Shown piece after piece: positions 1 to 8,600 of a stretch of DNA of 64,000 bases (its first letter is position 1; every line of letters starts with the position of its first letter). The position numbers and the translations under genes were made by a program. The notes beneath the pieces were generated by a model. The model had not been told where the DNA came from, made no database searches, and saw only the letters and a program-made list of their open reading frames with translations. The DNA lies in IMG/VR virus record IMGVR_UViG_3300029908_000004, positions 151,292 to 215,291 of that record; one strand, 5' to 3'.

Positions 1-3000
1 GAAGCATCTTCTATAAAAGAAGTAACAGAAGTTATCGGTGACATAAGACCACTAAATGGGTTTGCTTTACTAGCAGGAGCCGCCGCTGCAATAGCAGCGG
101 GCTTAGCATTCAGTACCAGATCCTCTAGACAGACTACTATTGTTGGTTTATCAGATAATGGTAAAGCCAAGGATTCCAGACACAAACACACCTCGTTTGG
201 TTCTGGATGGCACGGACTAGGAGAAGATAATAGTAGCTTAAATTATAAAGCTCTTGGCGCAGCTGGCTTTGCTGCAGCAGGGTATTCCTATTTCCGTAAG
301 GTTATCGTTCCAGGAAAAGGACCTTTCTCTGTAGATAAACTACACAGCTTTGTAAGTACATTAGAAGATTACAGCCCATTTAAAATTGGTAGAACTTTTG
401 GTATTAGTCAATACATAAGTTCTTATACTACTCCTAGTAAATTACACGTTGGTTATAGTGAATTAGTAGGACAGGGTGGTAAATATACTGAGTTAGGTGA
501 ACATTTTGATCGCCTATTTACTGGTTCTAATGTAGATTTACGTTCCCAAAAAGGGTTGAATTTTATAAGGACTGATTATGGTCCTTATATGGAACTTGAG
601 GGATACGGAGGAGACGTCCGTGCCCGTTTTACAAAGCGTGGAAGTCTATCTAGTTCTAGTTATAGATACAACAAACCTCTTGAAAATGTTCCTGTAACTT
701 TCCTAAAAGAGAGTACTCCTTGGGAAACTATTACAAAGAACTTTGGTCGCCTTCGTCATTCACAAGAACCAACTGGTTATAAAGGTGCTATCAGTGTTGG
801 CGAAGAAGTAGAAGGTGTCTTCCAACCATATCTAGTTAATATAAAGAGTAGAGGCAAATTATTTAATTTCGCCGAAACTGCTAATAGAACAGCTCTTAGT
901 CAAGCCGAACGTGTACAGAGATTATTATCTGATATAGGGTTAGGATTAAAAGAAGGTACGTGGAATAAAGCTTTTCACGTCCCTATAATAGGTGAGGGTG
1001 GTTTAGTTAACCAGCTTCTTACTAAGAGATTCGCTCCAGCAGCTCTATTAGTTGGATTAGCCCTTCCTTACATAGATTATAAAACTGGCCATTCTTTAAG
1101 CGGTATAGCATTAGATACGTTCCAGCGCTTTAGATTAGCCCATGCTTCCCTTACTGATCATTTTCTGCGTGGTGTAACAGATAAATATGAACAGATTGTA
1201 CCCGGTCCACAGTACGGTCCATTAGCCTTACCAGTATCTGGAGCCTTTGTTGGTGGGGTACTTCAATACTCTAATGTATTAAGAACTAGATACACAAAGG
1301 GAGAAAAAGCAGCAGAGTTACTTCGTTCAGGAAGTAAATTCTTCTCCGCCCCCGGACAAAAGTCAATCTTAGGTATCCTAAACCGTGAGAATAAGGGTGC
1401 TGTTGGTGTAGCTATTGGACTAGCGCTAATGCTTCCCTTCATTCCGGGGATGATTGGGTCTAGGAAAACAAAGGAAGAACTACAACGGACATACTCTGGT
1501 GAGGATCCAGTAGAAATAAAAGCTGGTCGCTGGTGGGATATGGGAACCACAGCGTTAGAAGGTGGTCGTGTAAAGGAGTATCGCCCACACTGGTCTGTTC
1601 TATGGCGCGCACAAGCAGAGAAGAAGGCTTTATATGGATCAGAGAAAGAGTACTGGAGACATAACCCGATACTTCATCCATTACGCTGGTTAAGAGATCC
1701 TTATTTCCTAGAAGAAAAGCATTATGAGGATAGGCCATACCCAGAGACTTCACCTGCGTTTACTAATGTTCCATTAGTAGGACCACTATTAGCTTCTACT
1801 ATTGGTCAAATTGTAAAACCAATCAGGAAGATGCATCCAGAGTGGGATACAACTGACTATACATTAGGGTCAACTCGTCTAGAACCGAGAGGTCCTAAAG
1901 CATTACCAGCAGCAGAACCAACATCAGAATTCTCTTTAGGTGACACAGCTCAAAGATCAATTAAAGCTGCTACTGAATTCGTTGGATTGCCGGGCTTTAT
2001 CGGGCGTAGCTTATGGAATAAAACTTTCCCTGGATATGGATCTATGGGTGAGAATGTAAAGTTCCAAGGTTCCCGACAAATGACTAATTATAGTCGTAAA
2101 TACTACGAGCTAGAACTAGGTGCTGTATCTGGTGTAAGTCCTGACTTTGAATTATTTGGATATTCTGAACCTTTCCGTCGTTTCGTACAGAACGAAGGAA
2201 AGTTACTTCAGGCTAATAGTATTAAGAATAAAATGCCTTCTTGGCTTCCTGGAGAGGATTATTTTATTAACTTCAGAACAGGTGACCCTTATGTAAAGAT
2301 TTCAACTGGATTCGCTCGTCTGCCGGGTGAGGGTTATGCAGCTCTACACCCAGAACTAGAAGGTGTCAGTCCAGAGGATTACCCAGATATGGAGAAATTA
2401 CGTATCTTAGGGGATGTAGCACCATATTCTAGAGAGTTTGCTATCTTCAAAGGAAAGGTTAGGAAGGACATCAGAGGAGATACAGAAAGTTTAGCTGAGT
2501 ATGAGAGTATTATGGCTCGCGCTAATAAGATGCGCAAATCAGTTATTCGGACAGAGGAGCAGAGGTTCTCAAAGGATGTAGAAGAAACCACTGGAACAGT
2601 AAAAGCTCTAGGCTCAGCTGGTGTAGAGTTAAATGAATATCCGGGTCGTATATTTAGAATGAGCGGCGTTTCTACTACTGCTGCAGATATGTCTGCCGTT
2701 GTATTATCACAATATAATGATATGACGAAGGAGGATGCTGCTAAGGAAATAGATGTAAGAAGAGCTGAGCTAGATAAATTCTTATCAGATACTTTCACTG
2801 CTGGCACAAAAGTAACGGCTACTTTCCAGAAAGGGGCTTTAGATAAAGAAACTAATATACGATCTGTATTAGAAATAGATGGATTAAACATCAATAAAGC
2901 TATAGTTGGTGAGGGTTACGGTACCTACGATAAAGCTTCTGCTGGGGCTGAATGGCAAGCTATGTTCAATCCAGCAGAAAGATTACTAGGAAGGTACGCA

Positions 3001-4074
3001 GAAGAAGCCTCATTCGCTGAAGAAGCACCTTGGTGGAACCCCCTTAGATGGTTACCTACACCTTATCATACCAAGCTGTGGCAAGAACGTTCAGCGCTAG
3101 CTCAGTACGTAGATCAAGAAACTGTCGGAACTCGTATGCGTAGGTGGGATAAGCCGATTAAAGACTTCTTGGCTCCGTATTACCATGGGCTATTACATAG
3201 GGTAAGCGGAGAAGTATTTATTCCAGAGGCAACAGTAGAAAAGCGGAATTTAAATACTATGGTAGATATGTTAGATTATCTACGAGATTTGAATTTAGCT
3301 TCTACCGACTCTGAGAGTCGTGGCAGGTATACTAGTAAGGCTAGTAGGACAGCTATAGGTGCAAATCTTACTGGGTCCACCACTTTCCTAGGCTCCACAC
3401 TGCCTGATCGTGATACTAGATACTTCAAAGAATTTGTAAATTCTACTGACGATGAGGAAAGACAGAAGATACTAGATGTGGTGCCAGATGAAATGGCTAG
3501 AGCTTTAGAAGCTCAGTGGGCTGGTAAAGAGGCACAGATAGCAGAGTCTGAAGGCAAGGAGACTAATATACAGTTCTCTGGTGGTCGCCTTGTGAATAAA
3601 GAAGGTCTTGATCGTTTCAAGAAAGCAACAACAAAGCTCGATTATGGTGATTATGAAAGGTCCTTAGAGATATCTGATTTCTTCGCGAAGACTGGATTAT
3701 CAGTTCCTGAATCAGATTCAGCGTTATGGGACCCAAACATTGATTATGAAGACGTAAAGCTAAAGATTATAGAGATGGAAGGTCGTGATTACCATGACTT
3801 CAATATATTTGATGATAGAGCTTCATTACTTTGGCGTAAACCTTATGTAGATGGTGCAGTACAAGAGTTAACGTCTGGAAACGATCGTTCGGAAGAACAG
3901 ATTAGAAGACAAGTTGAGCGACTTATGCTAGCAGCTAAGAATCCTAATGCTAACCCTTTCACTAGTGGTCACCCATCTCAAGATAGTAGGGGTAGCGCTA
4001 CCATTAATGTAAACGTGGATCAGACTGAAGAGTTGCTAAAAGATATGCGACGTAATCCGGAGAATTATGATTAG
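1..4074 (+). CDS. Large putative internal virion/ejection protein (5'-partial) with hydrophobic segments and a degenerate thermonuclease(SNase)-like domain
   Basis: Frame 1 is open from base 1 (EASSIKEV...), so the gene starts before the window, not at 556. Gly/Ala-rich hydrophobic stretches (GFALLAGAAAAIAAGLAF, GVAIGLALMLPFIPG). SNase-like segments RIFRMSGVST and LEIDGLNINKAIVGEGYG at about 2640-2925. Lies in the virion module. Confidence 0.6.
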   Translation, partial: EASSIKEVTEVIGDIRPLNGFALLAGAAAAIAAGLAFSTRSSRQTTIVGLSDNGKAKDSRHKHTSFGSGWHGLGEDNSSLNYKALGAAGFAAAGYSYFRKVIVPGKGPFSVDKLHSFVSTLEDYSPFKIGRTFGISQYISSYTTPSKLHVGYSELVGQGGKYTELGEHFDRLFTGSNVDLRSQKGLNFIRTDYGPYMELEGYGGDVRARFTKRGSLSSSSYRYNKPLENVPVTFLKESTPWETITKNFGRLRHSQEPTGYKGAISVGEEVEGVFQPYLVNIKSRGKLFNFAETANRTALSQAERVQRLLSDIGLGLKEGTWNKAFHVPIIGEGGLVNQLLTKRFAPAALLVGLALPYIDYKTGHSLSGIALDTFQRFRLAHASLTDHFLRGVTDKYEQIVPGPQYGPLALPVSGAFVGGVLQYSNVLRTRYTKGEKAAELLRSGSKFFSAPGQKSILGILNRENKGAVGVAIGLALMLPFIPGMIGSRKTKEELQRTYSGEDPVEIKAGRWWDMGTTALEGGRVKEYRPHWSVLWRAQAEKKALYGSEKEYWRHNPILHPLRWLRDPYFLEEKHYEDRPYPETSPAFTNVPLVGPLLASTIGQIVKPIRKMHPEWDTTDYTLGSTRLEPRGPKALPAAEPTSEFSLGDTAQRSIKAATEFVGLPGFIGRSLWNKTFPGYGSMGENVKFQGSRQMTNYSRKYYELELGAVSGVSPDFELFGYSEPFRRFVQNEGKLLQANSIKNKMPSWLPGEDYFINFRTGDPYVKISTGFARLPGEGYAALHPELEGVSPEDYPDMEKLRILGDVAPYSREFAIFKGKVRKDIRGDTESLAEYESIMARANKMRKSVIRTEEQRFSKDVEETTGTVKALGSAGVELNEYPGRIFRMSGVSTTAADMSAVVLSQYNDMTKEDAAKEIDVRRAELDKFLSDTFTAGTKVTATFQKGALDKETNIRSVLEIDGLNINKAIVGEGYGTYDKASAGAEWQAMFNPAERLLGRYAEEASFAEEAPWWNPLRWLPTPYHTKLWQERSALAQYVDQETVGTRMRRWDKPIKDFLAPYYHGLLHRVSGEVFIPEATVEKRNLNTMVDMLDYLRDLNLASTDSESRGRYTSKASRTAIGANLTGSTTFLGSTLPDRDTRYFKEFVNSTDDEERQKILDVVPDEMARALEAQWAGKEAQIAESEGKETNIQFSGGRLVNKEGLDRFKKATTKLDYGDYERSLEISDFFAKTGLSVPESDSALWDPNIDYEDVKLKIIEMEGRDYHDFNIFDDRASLLWRKPYVDGAVQELTSGNDRSEEQIRRQVERLMLAAKNPNANPFTSGHPSQDSRGSATINVNVDQTEELLKDMRRNPENYD

Positions 4075-4088
4075 TCCCGGGAGGGTAA

Positions 4089-5153
4089 ATGAAACCAGCC
4101 AAAGCGGTAACGCTGGATCCTGATCTACGATGTGGAGATGCTATCGAATTTGAGAACAATCTTCTAAAGAATGTAATTGGACAAGAAGACGCTATTAAGA
4201 AAGTAACTGAGGTAATTGGTACTTATATGGCCGGCTTACAAGCCCCCAACAAACCAATTGCTAATGTATTATTTCTAGGACCCACCGGCGTTGGAAAGAC
4301 AAGATTGGTGGAAGTAGTAACAGAAGTTCTTCTAGATAGTGACTCGTCTTGTATTAAAATTAACTGTGCCGAGTTTCAGCAATCACACGATATCGCTAAA
4401 CTCACTGGGTCTCCTCCCGGATATGTGGGACATAAAGAATCAATTCCATTTATAACTCAAGAACGATTAAATAAATGTCATACCAAAGATGTAAAGTTAT
4501 CAGTTGTTTTATTCGATGAGCTTGAGAAAGCACACCAGTCTTTTAGAGAGCTTTTACTAGGAGTAATGGATAAAGGCATACTACGTATAAGTAGTGGAAT
4601 AGACGTAGATTTTACCAGTAGTATAATATTTATGACATCTAACGTAGGTGCTAGATCAATGAGAAATTTGATTAAACCTATGGGGTTTGATACTGGTAAG
4701 GAAGATACAAAGTTAGATATAAAGCTTTGTGATGTTGCTGTAAACGCCATGCGTAAGGACTTTTCACCAGAATTCATTAATCGTCTAGATAAAGTTATCG
4801 TTTTTAAGAGCCTAAAAGAAGAACAGATTAGACAGATTCTTCGCATAGAAGTAGATCATATACAGAGACGAATATTAAATTCTAATAATCTTCGGAAGTT
4901 TGTCATAATCTTGGATAAACAGGCTGAAGACTACTTACTAGGATTAGGTATAAGCACAGAGTACGGCGCTAGAGAATTAAGACGAGTATTAGAAAAGAAC
5001 ATTGTGGTTCCTATTAGTAGTATGCTTCTTAGCTCACAGATTAATCTTGGTGATGTTGTAAGAGTTTCAGTTAGAAACGGTTCCCTATACTTTGATAAAA
5101 TTCCTTGTGAAATAATAGATAAGCTACCAGAATGTCTTGAAATAGAGGCTTAG
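4089..5153 (+). CDS. Stand-alone ClpA/ClpB D2-type AAA+ ATPase
   Basis: VIGQEDAI, Walker A GPTGVGKT, pore loop GSPPGYVG, Walker B VVLFDELEKAH, sensor 1 IIFMTSNVG, FSPEFINRLD, sensor 2 GARELRR. No N-domain or D1. RBS GAGGG upstream. Confidence 0.92.
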   Translation: MKPAKAVTLDPDLRCGDAIEFENNLLKNVIGQEDAIKKVTEVIGTYMAGLQAPNKPIANVLFLGPTGVGKTRLVEVVTEVLLDSDSSCIKINCAEFQQSHDIAKLTGSPPGYVGHKESIPFITQERLNKCHTKDVKLSVVLFDELEKAHQSFRELLLGVMDKGILRISSGIDVDFTSSIIFMTSNVGARSMRNLIKPMGFDTGKEDTKLDIKLCDVAVNAMRKDFSPEFINRLDKVIVFKSLKEEQIRQILRIEVDHIQRRILNSNNLRKFVIILDKQAEDYLLGLGISTEYGARELRRVLEKNIVVPISSMLLSSQINLGDVVRVSVRNGSLYFDKIPCEIIDKLPECLEIEA

Positions 5154-5555
5154 ATGGAAGAACAAATAATATCAGTTACCTCCACTGACAATGCTATAAC
5201 TCATCTAAAACGATTTCGCAAGAATTGGGATGGCCATAATTGCCCAGCCATCAAAATTAAGGCGATGAAAACGTTAGAAGTTATATTGAGAGATATAGAG
5301 GATAGTAAGTTAACATTTCCTAAAATACTCCCTCTACACGACGGGGGAGTTGGTTTAATGTGGGCTTCTCACACCAGAGATGTCGGATTAGAAATAGCCC
5401 CTAATGGTGCACTATCATTTGAGTTTAGCCTTAAAAAATATGACGTAACCGGTGAGTTATCTGGTGAAGAAACCTCAGTAGGAACTCTTTCTTGTACAGC
5501 AAGCGTGGATTATGTCCTAGCTTGGTATTCTAGTGATAAAGCGGGTTCTGTTTAA
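5154..5555 (+). CDS. Hypothetical protein
   Basis: 133-aa ORF starting directly after the ATPase stop (TAG-ATG). WDG...P..DGGVGLMW pattern, no function assignable. Confidence 0.75.
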   Translation: MEEQIISVTSTDNAITHLKRFRKNWDGHNCPAIKIKAMKTLEVILRDIEDSKLTFPKILPLHDGGVGLMWASHTRDVGLEIAPNGALSFEFSLKKYDVTGELSGEETSVGTLSCTASVDYVLAWYSSDKAGSV

Positions 5556-5561
5556 TTTCAT

Positions 5562-5607
5562 GGTGGCTTGAATCCTGTAATTACAGGCCCAGCCAAATTA
5601 AGCCACC
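5562..5607 (+). other. Structured intergenic element (stem with nested perfect palindrome), possible terminator or regulatory hairpin
   Basis: GGTGGCTT(5562) pairs with AAGCCACC(5600-5607). Internal perfect palindrome CCTGTAATTACAGG (5574-5587). Followed by TAATTTT. Confidence 0.55.
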
Positions 5608-5622
5608 TAATTTTGGATCGTA

Positions 5623-8600
5623 ATGACTATAATCAGTTCTACAGTACTGTCTGTTGCAAACTTAATAAAACGTCATCATGGCGTATTAGCAGCTTCTGCT
5701 ATCGTCCCATTCTTCTATGACAGCGAAGATCGTGGCTATTTCAGGACAGCGATGATTACTACCCCAATACTGTTCGCTGGGGCAGAGATGTTACCAAAGC
5801 TATTCAGCACGGCTAAGACAGAAGCTGAGTCTGTTTTCCATGCTACTATGAGTACTGCTAAGAATCCTATATTTAATACAGCACATAATATTGTTGGTTC
5901 TGATTTATCTAAGCTTGCAGAGGATGGTACTGTTGGTATACGAACTGTTGAAGAAGCTCAAGCTAGATATTCTATGGGATTAGCAAAGGCTCGACCAATA
6001 GAAGACATAAATAACTTATACAGTAGAGCCACAGGTCTTCTTAAGGCAACTGATCAGAACAGAAGAATGATGTCACAAGCAGTTGTGTCTTCAGCACAGG
6101 ATGCTATGACGCCTTATGATTGGATTAGTACACCAAAAGTTCTAGAAGGGTTGCTTGATAAAGATAATAGAACCAACGTATCTATGTCAGACGACAAAAT
6201 GTTAGAGATTGCTGAGTTCTTCAAGGGCAGAGGAGATACCAGATTCCCAAGAAGATTACAAAGTAATATGGATAGAATAGAAGGGTTAGTAGATCAAGGT
6301 GCTTTTGTACCAGCAGGGGCCACCTTCTTTCCACCAGATGTAGTCACTAACTTACAAGTTGGCTCGTGGTCAGAGGCTATTGAAGAGAAATTGAGTAATG
6401 CCGGAGCAGGTGGAGTTAGCAATATCCTAAAGAATAGGTCTAACCTTGATAAGTTAAACCTTCAGGTAAAATTAGTTTCTCAAGGAGTTATAGACGGCAG
6501 CACCGCTGATGCTTCCTATATTGATTTTGTCAGAACAATGAAAGATGTAGAACAGAGTATACGTATACCTATTCCAGATGCTAATGGGGCTGTTCGTATT
6601 GGTCCATACATAGGAACAGCTCGCTCTGTTATGGATTATGATGGAAAGATATATCGTATTGATGAGTGGGTAGCTAAGATGGTTACCGAAGGTAATGACT
6701 ATACTGAAAAACAATTGATGGGGGATATTAATCGTGCTGTATTCTTCACAGCTCACGACCCAGCAGATACAGAGGCGATATACTCTCAAGCTGGATCTAG
6801 ATTTGGCAAGAATTTCGCCGGAGAAAATCAGGTTAGATTAAAATCACAAGCTGCTGTATTAACTTCTCTACCTAGATTCAAAATGGGTGATGAGGCTGTA
6901 AGCTTTGAAAAGTTAGACCCACTATTTCAGTCAGATTTCGAGAGGAAATTAATCAATAGTGGAACTGTGTCTATGATGGGGCCGGAGTCTGCTTGGGGTA
7001 ATAGAGTTTATCAATTGCGTAAGATGGAAGATTTTGCTATGGGCGGAGTGGCAGACGTAACAAAGCAGGATTGGAACTATCGTTCTCTATCTAAAGGTGT
7101 ATCGTACGAATTCGTACAGAATAAGAATGGACTAGATCTTAAACCAAAGGTCTCGACTACAGCTTATGAAGAGTTCCTTGGTACCAAGGAAGTACCAGAA
7201 TTCAATATGAGACTTGCTGGTATTTCTCCTCAAGAGAAGACACTCCTTGGTGATTTTGGTATGTATAAGACTTGGGAGGAAGCACAAGCTTATAAGCCAT
7301 TGTTTATAGAACGAGCTATGGAAATGAATATCTCTCCAGCAAAAGCTGAAAAAGCTTTTAATGACATAGAACATTTCTATAGAAGTAAGACAAAGCTTGA
7401 TAAATTTGGTAAGCCCAAACTAGGGTATGGTGCTACTATATTCGAACAAATTGGTAGCCTTGGTGAGACCGATATCATCATATCAGACGCGCTAGCGAAG
7501 ACTGGTAGACTAAAGTATACGACCACTTATGAAGTAGATCAGATGCATTTCAATCCTGAGGATTGGGTTGGTAAAGATGTCGAAGATGATTTCAAATTTG
7601 GTACTAGACAAAATAAAGTTGTGAGCCCTGATTCTGGTGGAAAGATACTTTCTACCAAGGCTGCAGATGAGTCTACTTATCATATAATAATGGAACATTA
7701 TCAAGGTATGGACGCAGCGAAACATGATACTTTCGGTGTAAAGGGAGAATTCCATACAGGTACCTATCAAGGTAATTTCCAGACTATGCTTTCAGCAATA
7801 AATGATTTCAGAAAAACAACAAGAACGGGAGATGTAATAGATAAATATACCGTTAACGGTATTGCTGATTGGACTTATGCTCAAAATAAGATGGACCCAA
7901 TGTTGCTTCGTATGTCTATAGCAGAGGATACCCTACATAATATAAGTTCACGAAATAAAGCTGTTGGAGAAGAATTAATAAGTTCTGCTACAGAACAACT
8001 AGCTAAAGTTGGTGTAGACTATACTGATGGACAAATGATCTTCCAGCACGAGTTTATTCGTAAGCAATTTGCCTCTAGAGAAGCTAAGATCGCTAATATG
8101 GAGGAACTTAACAGCGTTATAGATAAGATTATGGCTGATGCTACAGCTTCTATAAGAAGCAAGAAGGGTCTTGGGTATAAAGTCTATCAAGGGTGGTATA
8201 ATAAAACAGGTAGTGGTATAACAGATGACGTACAAGCAGGTAAGAGTCTTGAAGCTTATATGCTACGTAATGGTGTAAATGTAAACGTTAGAACTTGGGC
8301 TCATGCTAATATTAATCTTCCAGAACATGCCACAGTAACTCATGATTACGATACTTTCTCAAACCTAGGGGATAAGAGAGTTATGGCTGCTGAGCTTCGG
8401 AATCGCCTACAAACTGTTGGCGAAGGCGACCCAGAAATGAGTATGCTATACGGTCAATATCTTCAAGATAATGATTACACCAAACCTATGCGTGAAAGTG
8501 AAGATGTAGTAGTAGATTTAGATAAAGCTTTCTTAGGTAGCGCAAAGCTATCAAGACCTGAGGGGCGTCATGGAACTATATTTGATCCATCCGATTCAAG

